Shown: one piece after another, positions 29,418-38,170 of the stretch | Layout of the letters: the number at the start of each line of letters is the position of its first letter | Position numbering within the stretch: the first letter of the stretch is position 1 | NCBI GenBank assembly: GCA_965116495.1 | Contig: OZ220696.1 | Coordinates: 384,001-448,000 of the forward strand | DNA length: 64,000 bases | DNA from: Gammaproteobacteria bacterium | Lineage (GTDB): Bacteria > Pseudomonadota > Gammaproteobacteria > Eutrophobiales > Eutrophobiaceae | Direction of reading: 5' to 3' | Made by a program: the position numbers and the translations under genes | Notes under the pieces: model-generated | The model's database searches: none | Told to the model about the DNA's origin: nothing | Seen by the model: only the letters and a program-made list of their open reading frames with translations

Positions 29418-30695
29418 TTGAATAGGTACTCTACCCGGTTTTTTTATGGTTGGCTGATCACGGCAGCGGCAGGGGTGGGGCTGTGTTTTGGTTATGCCGG
29501 CAGCGTGATATACGGGTTCAGTTCCTTTATTCTGCCGCTGTCCGCGGAGTTCGGCTGGTCGCGTCGGGATATCGGTCTTGCGTTCAGCTTTATGGTGACC
29601 ACCGTTTTTCTTGTGAGTCCGCTGATGGGTGTTTTGCTGGACAGGTATGGCGCGCGCCGCTGCCTGTTGACCGGCACGTTGTTGTTCGGACTGTTCCTGT
29701 CCTCGCTGTGCCTGCTGACTCCCGATATCCGCCATTTTTATGCGATGTTTGTTCTGCTGGGTTTATCCGGCACGGCCACCACGGCAATTTGCTATTCACG
29801 CCTGCTGGTGTCCTGGTTTGAAAAAAGAAAAGGCTGGGCCCTGGGGCTCGCCCTGACCGGTACCGGTGTGGGGGCAATGATTGTTCCACCGTTGATACAG
29901 GCTATTATTCAGACAACCGGGTGGCGTGGAGCCTACCTGGCGCTCGGTGCGCTCAACCTCATCATAGTGGCCCCGCTGCTGTATAAGTTCGTACTCAACT
30001 CGCCGGCAGAAAAAAATACCTGGCCGGATGGTATTCCGCCAACGACCGGGGCTGACGAAGATCGGCAGTTACACATGCGCAAGGGCTTTACTCTCGGCCA
30101 GAGCATGAGACAAGGGGTGTTCTGGAAAATCGTAGTCGGGATATTCCTTATTTCCCTGTCCCAGACAGGCCCGTTTGTGCAACTAATCCCGATCCTGAGA
30201 GACGTGGGACTCGAGGAGTTTGCTGCGGCCACTACCGCGTCCCTGCTGGGTGTTGCGGTAATTGGTTCCCGTCTCGTTTGCGGTTACCTGATGGATCGAT
30301 TCTTTGCCCCGTTTGTTGCCGGCGCATTTCTTGTCGCCCCGGTGTTCGGATTCATTGCGTTTGCCCTTGAGCCGTCCATATGGACAGCAGTGATGGTCAC
30401 CGTCCTGCTGGGAATGGCATACGGCGCCGAGTTCGACATCCTGGGGTTTTTTTGCAGCCAGTATTTCGGCCGTCTCTCGTTCGGCAAGATCTACGGCATC
30501 CTGTTCGCGGTCTACAGCCTGGCGGTTGGAGTGGCGGCGCCGCTGGCAGGCTGGAGCTATGATCAGTCCGGCTCTTACGTGGAGATGTTCGTCGCCGGCG
30601 CGCTGGTCAATCTGCTCGCGGTATTCCTGATCCTGACGCTGGGACGCTACCCTGAATTGCCCACCGTCGTTCCTGCGAAAGCAGGAATCCAGTAG
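29418..30695 (+). CDS. MFS transporter
   Basis: FFYGW, LDRYGARR, WFEKRKGWALG, GAEFDI; start TTG 29418 chosen because the upstream extension is repeat DNA. Confidence 0.88.
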   Translation: MNRYSTRFFYGWLITAAAGVGLCFGYAGSVIYGFSSFILPLSAEFGWSRRDIGLAFSFMVTTVFLVSPLMGVLLDRYGARRCLLTGTLLFGLFLSSLCLLTPDIRHFYAMFVLLGLSGTATTAICYSRLLVSWFEKRKGWALGLALTGTGVGAMIVPPLIQAIIQTTGWRGAYLALGALNLIIVAPLLYKFVLNSPAEKNTWPDGIPPTTGADEDRQLHMRKGFTLGQSMRQGVFWKIVVGIFLISLSQTGPFVQLIPILRDVGLEEFAAATTASLLGVAVIGSRLVCGYLMDRFFAPFVAGAFLVAPVFGFIAFALEPSIWTAVMVTVLLGMAYGAEFDILGFFCSQYFGRLSFGKIYGILFAVYSLAVGVAAPLAGWSYDQSGSYVEMFVAGALVNLLAVFLILTLGRYPELPTVVPAKAGIQ

Positions 30696-30829
30696 GAAAG
30701 GTGTCGCCTTAGGCGACTCGTTATATCACTGGGTTCCCGCTTGCGCGGGAATGACGGAGTTGCGCGGAAATGACGGAGTTGCGCAAATGACGGAGTTGCG
30801 CGGGAATGGCGGAGTTGCGCAGGAACGAC
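30665..30829. repeat. CGTC-tagged REP-like pair plus about five tandem 19-bp units (family D)
   Basis: CGTCGTTCCTGCGAAAGCAGGAATCCAGT ... ACTGGGTTCCCGCTTGCGCGGGAATGACG; TTGCGCGGGAATGACGGAG units 30741-30829. Confidence 0.85.
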
Positions 30830-30844
30830 AGCAGGTAATGCTGG

Positions 30845-32191
30845 TCAGAAATCCGGCACCTTCTCCACATCCGGCACCAGCGCTACTTTTTCAAACTCCT
30901 CGCCGAAAGGCCGGGTAGCGTCGATGCCCATGACGGAATAACTACCGTCATCCGGGGCCGAGGGGTCCAGTTGCCACAGGGTCATATTCGGCAGGATCAT
31001 GACGTCTTTTTGTGCCTGGGCGCGGGTGCAGATGGCCCACATCACCTTGTCCATGTCGTGGATGTCGATGTCTTCGTCCACGACGACCGCCAGCTTGCTG
31101 CCCTGGGAACCGAGCAGGGTCGCCAGCACCTGCCTGGCTTCATTGCGGGCATACTGCTTCATGGCGACTATACACATCAGTCCGACACCGCCGGCTCCAT
31201 GAAAATGGACGCGTTTGATACCGGCAAACTTGCGCCTCAGCATAGCGTAGCAGGAAGCCTCCATGGGGATCATTTTCAGTACGTGATTGTCCGTCGTCGG
31301 CACGCCACTCATGCCGGCCAGCAGCACAGGATCATGGCGGTGGGTGATGGCACTGACCTCCATGACGGGTTTGTCCGACGCCTGGGTATAGTAGCCGGTA
31401 TACTCGCCAAACGGGCCTTCATGTTCGCGTACCCCCGGAGGCATCCTGCCTTCTATGATGATTTCCGCGGAGGCCGGTACTTCCAGGTCCAGCGTCTGGC
31501 ACTTGACTACCTCCAGGGGTTCTCCCAGGAACGCGCCTGCCAGGGTCAGTTCATCAACGCCATAGCCTGCTTCCCATTGGGTTGCTATTAACGTGCTGGG
31601 AGCAACACCCAGTGCAATCGCAAGCTCCAGTGGTTTACCCAACGATTCCGCTTTTTTGTAATGAACGCCAAGGTGATGGGGCGGTGGTGACAACACGCCC
31701 AGGCGCCGTTTGCCCAGCACCTGGTGACGATAAATAGAGGCATTCTTGCCGCCGTCCTCGGGATCCCTGCTGATGGCAACACCCAGGGTAATGAACGGAC
31801 CGCCGTCCAGTTCGCAATAAGTCGGGAAGGGTAGCGCAGTGAGGTCAGCCTCATCGCCCAGCCGGATCACTTCATTGCACGGTCCCCGGTCGAGCAGTTT
31901 ATGTTCTTCCAGGTTGTCAATGGCCTCGAGATATTTGGCGTTGGCTTCCTGCTCGGTGGTTTCCAGGGCCTCGAGCATCAGTTGCCGGTTGGCATAGAGT
32001 CCGCCGGCAACCCGGACGTCATGTCCCTTGACCTTCTCAAATAACAGGGCAGGGCCCTTGTCTCCCATGTTCGAAGCCTTGCGCAGGTATGCCGCCAGTT
32101 CGAATTCAAGCGACACTTCATCCCTGATACGCACCAGTCTACCGCTTTCCTCAAGATGGTTGAGAAACTCACGCATATCTTTAAATGCCAT
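30845..32191 (-). CDS. UbiD family (de)carboxylase
   Basis: FKDMREFL, DGGPFIT, EGPFGEYTGYY, VVVDEDIDI, GIDAT. Confidence 0.92.
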   Translation of the reverse strand: MAFKDMREFLNHLEESGRLVRIRDEVSLEFELAAYLRKASNMGDKGPALLFEKVKGHDVRVAGGLYANRQLMLEALETTEQEANAKYLEAIDNLEEHKLLDRGPCNEVIRLGDEADLTALPFPTYCELDGGPFITLGVAISRDPEDGGKNASIYRHQVLGKRRLGVLSPPPHHLGVHYKKAESLGKPLELAIALGVAPSTLIATQWEAGYGVDELTLAGAFLGEPLEVVKCQTLDLEVPASAEIIIEGRMPPGVREHEGPFGEYTGYYTQASDKPVMEVSAITHRHDPVLLAGMSGVPTTDNHVLKMIPMEASCYAMLRRKFAGIKRVHFHGAGGVGLMCIVAMKQYARNEARQVLATLLGSQGSKLAVVVDEDIDIHDMDKVMWAICTRAQAQKDVMILPNMTLWQLDPSAPDDGSYSVMGIDATRPFGEEFEKVALVPDVEKVPDF

Positions 32192-32203
32192 TACCGTCTC
32201 CTC

Positions 32204-33007
32204 TCAGCCTGGTCGTTTATCCTCTACCTGTACCCGGAGACCCGAGCGGACGTGGGGGAAGTAATCCCACACGGCCAGGTGCTGGGTGCAGCGGTTGTCC
32301 CAGAATGCCACGGAGTGGGGCTCCCAGCGGAACCGGACATGAAAATACGGGTCTTCAATATGCTGGTACAGGAATGCGAGGATATGCCGGCTCTCCCGGT
32401 CGCTCAGTTCATTGATATGGCTGGTAAAACCGCGGTTGACGTAAATCACCTTGCGCCCGGTGGCCGGGTGTTCCCGGATAATCGGATGGACGGCTCTCGG
32501 ATACTTGCCGTGCGGGTCAAACCGTCCGAAGGCCAGCATACCGTCATGGGTGGCGGTCAGTGCATCCAGGTAGTCCTTCATGCCGTCCGAAAGCGCGTCG
32601 TAAGCGGCATACATACTGGAGAAGACAGTATCGCCCCCCATGGGCGGCAGCGTATGCAGGTAGAGAATGCTGCCCATCGGCGGCACTTCGGCGCAGGACA
32701 TATCGGTATGCCACTCTTCTCCTGATACATGTTTGGAGTTCTCGTCCGCGTGCAGTTTGCGTACTTCCGGATGGTCGGGAAGTCCTTTAAGTGCATGTTT
32801 CTGCAACGGTCCGAAGTAAAGGCCGACCCGCTTCAGCGAGGCGGCATCAAGCGCCTGGTTGCGAAAGAAAATCACCAAGTGCGCCGCCAGGGCGTTGTGC
32901 AGGTCTTCAAGCTGGATGTCATTCAGCGGTTCCGCCAGGTTGATGCCCGTGACGACTGCCCCGATCCGGGGTGTCAGCGGGGCTACCTCAATGGTTTGGT
33001 ATGTCAT
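32204..33007 (-). CDS. TauD/TfdA family 2-oxoglutarate dioxygenase
   Basis: WHTDMS, GGDTVF, WDNRCTQH; start MTYQTI. Confidence 0.9.
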   Translation of the reverse strand: MTYQTIEVAPLTPRIGAVVTGINLAEPLNDIQLEDLHNALAAHLVIFFRNQALDAASLKRVGLYFGPLQKHALKGLPDHPEVRKLHADENSKHVSGEEWHTDMSCAEVPPMGSILYLHTLPPMGGDTVFSSMYAAYDALSDGMKDYLDALTATHDGMLAFGRFDPHGKYPRAVHPIIREHPATGRKVIYVNRGFTSHINELSDRESRHILAFLYQHIEDPYFHVRFRWEPHSVAFWDNRCTQHLAVWDYFPHVRSGLRVQVEDKRPG

Positions 33008-33160
33008 GGTCTTGTCCCTGTGAACCTCCGGCACATCCGGCGATGGCTGATGATTGATATAGTACCGATTACAGTCGTCAATAATATCACAAATAATATT
33101 GCTGTCTTTCCCTGCCCGTTTAAGATAAATTCACGTATCCAACCGGCGCTTGTACACAAC

Positions 33161-34375
33161 ATGAAAAAAACCGACAGCCGTAACATCCAGGCGACATTGA
33201 TGGTCGGAGCCGGCCTGTTGCTGGTATTTATACTGGGGATATTCTCCGACGTGTTGTACTGGGACCGCTACCTGCGCGCATACACGTTCGAAACATTTGT
33301 TGAGAATCCGTTCCCGGCCCTGGAACGCTTGTATCCGCAGGAGACAGTGCCCGGCGCCGATAACCCCGTCACTATTCCACGTGCGGAGGTTGCATCCCGG
33401 ACTATCACTGCTGCCGCACTTGACGAGGCGGTTGTCTTCGCGGAAGCGAGCGACTCCACCTCGCTGATTGTGTCCCATAAGGGCGTAATCCAGTTGGAAA
33501 AGTACTGGAACGGAGAGGGGGCCGGCCAGGTCGTCTACTCCTTTTCCATGCACAAGAGTATTGTCGCCCTGTTGATCGGCATAGCCATCGATGAGGGCCT
33601 GATCCGCGGCATTGACGACCCGCTGGCAAGGTATCTGCCGGAATGGCAGGGTGACCCGCGTGAGCTGATCACGCTGCGCCATGCCCTGCAAATGAACAGC
33701 GGTCTCGAACCCATGAGTTTCCCTGCAAATCCGTTTTCAAAACACGTTAAACGGCAGATCGGCACCGACCTCGCCGGCACTGCCCTCAGTTTTCGCCTGC
33801 ACGAAGAGCCGGGCAGCGAATTCGACTATAACGGCGTCAATCCGACCCTGCTGGTCATGGTGCTGGAGCAGGCAACGGGCAGGCGCTACGCGGCTTACCT
33901 CTCAGAGAAGCTGTGGCAACCCCTGAGCAATGAAGACGCCAGTGTCTGGCTTGATCGTCCCGGTGGACTGGCGCGGGGTGCTACCTCATTGTATGCGAAA
34001 CCCATGGACTGGTTGCGCATCGGAGAGATGCTGCTCAACAAGGGCAGGGCAAACGGCAGGCAGGTCATCCCGGAACGCTGGCTGGCAGCGTTGACCATAC
34101 CGTCACCGACCAATCCCCGCTACGGCCTGTTGACCTGGATTGGTACGGACTACGTGGAGGAGCGCACCCTGGAAGCCTTCGAGGGTTTTGCCGCAGTCGC
34201 ACAAACGCCGTTTGACGCCGGCGACATCATCTATTTCGACGGCCTGGGAGGACAACGGGTATACGTGATACCGTCGGCACAACTGGTCATCGTCAGGACC
34301 GGTGTGCTCGCATGGGAATGGAATGACACTCGCCTGCCGAACCTGATTCTCGCAGGGATTAAAGAAACTCCCTGA
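33161..34375 (+). CDS. Beta-lactamase-family serine hydrolase with N-terminal membrane anchor
   Basis: SMHK (SxxK), EPGSEFDY, FDGLGGQRVYVIP; start MKKTD. Confidence 0.88.
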   Translation: MKKTDSRNIQATLMVGAGLLLVFILGIFSDVLYWDRYLRAYTFETFVENPFPALERLYPQETVPGADNPVTIPRAEVASRTITAAALDEAVVFAEASDSTSLIVSHKGVIQLEKYWNGEGAGQVVYSFSMHKSIVALLIGIAIDEGLIRGIDDPLARYLPEWQGDPRELITLRHALQMNSGLEPMSFPANPFSKHVKRQIGTDLAGTALSFRLHEEPGSEFDYNGVNPTLLVMVLEQATGRRYAAYLSEKLWQPLSNEDASVWLDRPGGLARGATSLYAKPMDWLRIGEMLLNKGRANGRQVIPERWLAALTIPSPTNPRYGLLTWIGTDYVEERTLEAFEGFAAVAQTPFDAGDIIYFDGLGGQRVYVIPSAQLVIVRTGVLAWEWNDTRLPNLILAGIKETP

Positions 34376-34430
34376 TTAAACCCGCATGATCAGGTCTCAG
34401 CACACCCCGACAGCACGTAGCACAGCTTAC

Positions 34431-34456
34431 CGGGGACAGAATTGATTCTGTCCCCG
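34431..34456. repeat. Family B palindrome
   Basis: CGGGGACAGAAT-TG-ATTCTGTCCCCG. Confidence 0.75.
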
Positions 34457-34483
34457 AATTTTCACGGCAAAGAGAGAGAAAAC

Positions 34484-35737
34484 ATGACTCAGCAGAGACA
34501 GGGGCCTTTCTTCGGCTGGTTCGTGGTCGGCGCCACCAGTCTGTGTATCTCAACCGGTCCCGGTCCGTTTGCCTTTGCCGCGCTGGGCCTGTTCATCATC
34601 CCGTTCGAGACGGAATTCGGCTGGGATCGGACCCAGATCAGCGCCTGTCTCACCCTGCTGGTTGCGGCGACGGCCGTCTCCGTCCCGATCATCGGCCGTT
34701 GCGTGGACAAACTGGGGTCGCGGGCTATTTTATTTCCCTCCCTGGTTATCTTTGCCCTGTGCCTGGCGGCTATTCCCACATTCGTGTCCGAACTTTGGCA
34801 CCTGGTGCTGGTATTCCTGCTCATCGGCACCATTGCCGCAGGCACAAACAGTGTGCCTTACATGCCGGTACTGTCCGCCTGGTTTTTCAAGTATCGCGGG
34901 CTGGCCATCGGCATTTCCGACGCCGGCATCGGCCTGGGTTATGCCTATGTGCCGTTGCTGCTTCAATTCCTGATCGATACCGTAGGCTGGCGTTACGGCT
35001 ACTACGCCTTGAGCGGAATTGTCCTGTTCGTTGCCTTGCCTCTGGTCTACTTTTTCCTGAGGGAATCACCCGCGGAAATGGACCTGAAACCCGATGGGCA
35101 GACCACGGGTAAAGTGCCCGAGGCGACCAGGAAAGATGTGGGACTGGATGTGAAGGCAATATCAAGGCATCGCGAATTCTGGATACTGGTAGCGATCTTT
35201 GTGATTTTATCGTTCGCATTGAACGGCATGCTGTCCCACCTGGTGCCCATGCTTTCGGACCGGGGCATGGACACCGGCAGCGCCGCGGCCGTGGCGGCGA
35301 CGGTGGGCATCACCGTATTTGTCAGCCGTATCGTCATCGGCTACCTGATCGACCATTATTTTGCGCCTTACGTCGCCATGCTGGCTTTCAGTTTGTCCGC
35401 GCTCGGCATAGCCGTCTTTGCGCTGGGTGCGGTGGATGCCATGGCCTTCGTTGGCGCCATCTGCGTGGGCCTGAGCCTGGGGGCCGAAGGGGACCTGCTG
35501 GCCTACCTGGTCGGCCGTTATTTCGGCCTGAAATCATTTGGTGCGGCCTTCGGTTTCCTGTTCTCGGCGGTGTTGGTCGGCACGGCTATGGGACCGCTCG
35601 CCTTCGGCATCGGTTTCGATACCACCGGGTCTTACATCGGCATCCTGACGATTTGCGTGGGGCTCAATATCCTGGCCGTTATCCTGACCGGCTTCCTTGG
35701 TAAATATCCGGACTGGGAGAAACAGACTGCTAAATGA
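34484..35737 (+). CDS. MFS transporter
   Basis: FFGWFVV, WFFKYRGLAIG, GAEGDLLAYLVGRYFG. Confidence 0.9.
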   Translation: MTQQRQGPFFGWFVVGATSLCISTGPGPFAFAALGLFIIPFETEFGWDRTQISACLTLLVAATAVSVPIIGRCVDKLGSRAILFPSLVIFALCLAAIPTFVSELWHLVLVFLLIGTIAAGTNSVPYMPVLSAWFFKYRGLAIGISDAGIGLGYAYVPLLLQFLIDTVGWRYGYYALSGIVLFVALPLVYFFLRESPAEMDLKPDGQTTGKVPEATRKDVGLDVKAISRHREFWILVAIFVILSFALNGMLSHLVPMLSDRGMDTGSAAAVAATVGITVFVSRIVIGYLIDHYFAPYVAMLAFSLSALGIAVFALGAVDAMAFVGAICVGLSLGAEGDLLAYLVGRYFGLKSFGAAFGFLFSAVLVGTAMGPLAFGIGFDTTGSYIGILTICVGLNILAVILTGFLGKYPDWEKQTAK

Positions 35738-37461
35738 TGAAATCTAACAAATTTTTATTCGTATTGACGGCCGCGTTTTGCCTGGTTGCCGGGACGGTTC
35801 AGACAAAACCGAACCTAAATGAGCTTGTTAACGCCTACATAGAAGAGTGGACCGGGTTTTATCCGAGCAATGCATTTCGTAACGGGCTCAGACCGGCTGC
35901 ACGGCAATTCGAGGATTTTTCCGGCGACAGGGTCGGGGAATGGATTGCCTATAACCGGCGTACCCTGGAGTTGCTCGACTCCCTGCCGGCCCTGTCCGTC
36001 AATGAACAGGTTGATGCGCGGGTATTGCGGCGCCAGGCCAGGCGGGAGCTGGAGCGCTGGGTGCATGACGGCGCGCTGGTCAACCAGCCCGCCTGGTATG
36101 CCGAGGTGATTTCCCAGGCCCTGACCTATATCCTGGTACGCGAACAGTTCACCCCTGAAGACAAGCTCGGGGCCGTCCTGCAACGACTCAAGGGGGTGCA
36201 GTCCCTGTGCGAACTCGGCATGACAAACCTGCAAAACGGCAGCCGGGAAAGAACGCAGCGAGCCGTGGAAGTACTGGAGCGCACAAAGACTTTTTATCAT
36301 GACAGCCTGCCCGGATTGATGCATGACTGGTCCGGGGGTAATCAGCATGAACAGGTAACGCAGGTCATCAGTGATACCGTTAACACGGTGGATGCCCTGT
36401 TGCGCCACATCCGAGAGACCGTGTTGCCGGACACTTCCATCCCGGACCGCCTTGATGATCGGGATTATGCGCGTAAATTAAGGATTTATACGGACAGCGA
36501 CCTCACCCCGGCACAACTCAGGGACCGCGCTGCGGCGGAGATCGAGGAAGTGCGGAGATTGATGGCGATCGAGGCAGGGGCCTGGTGGAATGAGCAAGGT
36601 TCAGACTCGCCGATGCCTGCGGATGAGAATGAACTGCTGGAGGCGGTAATGGCGGAAATGGAGCGGGCGAGATCGGACAACCGTTCCGATTTCGTGAAGT
36701 TTTTCAGGGAGTTGACCGACAGGGCGGAAACGTTCCTGGTGCAAAACGACCTGGCGACGGTACCCTTGCCTCGCACCATATACGTTGGCCTGTCACCCGA
36801 TCACTTCTCCGGCGCAGCCTATGGCGGGGTCTACTCGGCAGGCCCGTTCAATCCCGGCGCCGATACGCTGTTTTACCTGCCTTCCATTCCCGATGATTCA
36901 ACGCCGGAACAGAAAAACGGGTTTTACCGTTCCTTCAACGACCACTTCAACACGATGATCATCGCCCATGAGATCTACCCGGGACACTACCTGCAACTCA
37001 AGGTCGGGGCCGGCGCGGCGCCGGCCTTGCGCACGCTGTTTGCTAACGGTGTGTATGTCGAGGGCTGGGGCACGTTCAGCGAAGAGTTGATGCTGGATGC
37101 CGGCTGGGATGACCATAACAGGTTGACGCGCCTTGCGCATTTAAGGAAGCGCCTGGAAAATGCGACGCGCGCCTACGTCAGCGTCATGGTGCACGTTCAT
37201 GACTGGAACAAGGAGCAGGTAATGGAATTCGCGGTAACGCGCGGTCTGCTGCCGCCGCAGTTTGCGGCCAATTTATGGGTCCGGGTAATGAACAACCCGT
37301 TGCAGATTCCCAGTTATTTCCTCGGCTTCCATGGCTTCAGGAAACTGTGGCAGGAAGAACAGGCCCGGCTAGGCGAGAGTTTCACAACCCGTGAATTTGT
37401 CGACAGCGTTTTACAGGCTGGGCCGATACCCATTGATGTCCTTACGTTAACCTTTCGCTGA
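35734..37461 (+). CDS. DUF885 family exported protein
   Basis: Signal peptide; HEIYPGHYLQ, YVEGWG. Confidence 0.85.
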   Translation: MMKSNKFLFVLTAAFCLVAGTVQTKPNLNELVNAYIEEWTGFYPSNAFRNGLRPAARQFEDFSGDRVGEWIAYNRRTLELLDSLPALSVNEQVDARVLRRQARRELERWVHDGALVNQPAWYAEVISQALTYILVREQFTPEDKLGAVLQRLKGVQSLCELGMTNLQNGSRERTQRAVEVLERTKTFYHDSLPGLMHDWSGGNQHEQVTQVISDTVNTVDALLRHIRETVLPDTSIPDRLDDRDYARKLRIYTDSDLTPAQLRDRAAAEIEEVRRLMAIEAGAWWNEQGSDSPMPADENELLEAVMAEMERARSDNRSDFVKFFRELTDRAETFLVQNDLATVPLPRTIYVGLSPDHFSGAAYGGVYSAGPFNPGADTLFYLPSIPDDSTPEQKNGFYRSFNDHFNTMIIAHEIYPGHYLQLKVGAGAAPALRTLFANGVYVEGWGTFSEELMLDAGWDDHNRLTRLAHLRKRLENATRAYVSVMVHVHDWNKEQVMEFAVTRGLLPPQFAANLWVRVMNNPLQIPSYFLGFHGFRKLWQEEQARLGESFTTREFVDSVLQAGPIPIDVLTLTFR

Positions 37462-37527
37462 TGGTGCGGGTTCATCCACCGGAGTATATTGTTGTGAACA
37501 ACCAACAAAAATTTATTGTGTTATGTA

Positions 37528-37556
37528 TTGAAACAACAATATGTGTGGGTTAAACT
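37528..37556 (+). promoter_or_regulatory. Candidate sigma70 promoter
   Basis: TTGAAA-17 bp-TAAACT upstream of the SnoaL-like/TBDR genes. Confidence 0.45.
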
Positions 37557-37653
37557 TACACGTAATCCAAATATCAGGTAGGGGACAGGGGCTACTATGT
37601 CAGCGGCATTGGCAGACGAGCCCCGTTCATCATTGGTGAGTGGATGCCTGCTG

Positions 37654-38142
37654 ATGAAAGAATTTATAAAAATAATACTCATGATTTTGCTATGCCAGTT
37701 GGGAACTCCTGTTTTCGCAGATCAGGGTGATGCCAACGTGCTGGTACGGATGTTTGACTGGTGGAATACCGCCATGAAAACACCCGACGGCTTGACGGAA
37801 CAGGCTTTTAGTGAGTATTACACCGAGGATGCGGCCATTATCATCAATGGCAATGAACTGGTACGCGGTATTGAACCCATGGTCGAACACTTCAGGGGCG
37901 CCCGGGCGCGCATCGAATCAGTGGAAATTGTGCTGCCGTTCGAAGAAGAATTCGAGTCCGAATCCGGTGACCACATCTTTACCTATCACCTGGTACGCAC
38001 CCGTGTAGACGGTGCAGACCGGCTTTCTCACTTAATGGGTTATGCTGCTGTCGATGACGGCAGAATTTCATTGATCAATTTTGTGAGATACGATCGACCG
38101 GCTGCCGCTGATGCGGTGGCTTTATCCAATTATCCTCAATAG
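37654..38142 (+). CDS. Exported SnoaL/NTF2-like protein
   Basis: Signal peptide; YYTEDAAIIINGNELVRG. Confidence 0.65.
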   Translation: MKEFIKIILMILLCQLGTPVFADQGDANVLVRMFDWWNTAMKTPDGLTEQAFSEYYTEDAAIIINGNELVRGIEPMVEHFRGARARIESVEIVLPFEEEFESESGDHIFTYHLVRTRVDGADRLSHLMGYAAVDDGRISLINFVRYDRPAAADAVALSNYPQ

Positions 38143-38170
38143 CTAATGCAAGATCACAAAAGGGGGAGAT

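Noticed and set aside
30741-30829. Possible CRISPR array
   Set aside because: Units are directly tandem with no unique spacers, there are no cas genes, and the sequence derives from a REP end.
32729-33160. 144-aa N-terminal extension of the serine hydrolase
   Set aside because: Overlaps TauD antisense; MKKTD at 33161 precedes a normal membrane anchor.
27330-37545. Shared ATAATATTG / CAACAATAT motifs in three intergenic regions as an operator
   Set aside because: Short AT-rich matches in AT-rich spacers; cannot be distinguished from chance without motif statistics.
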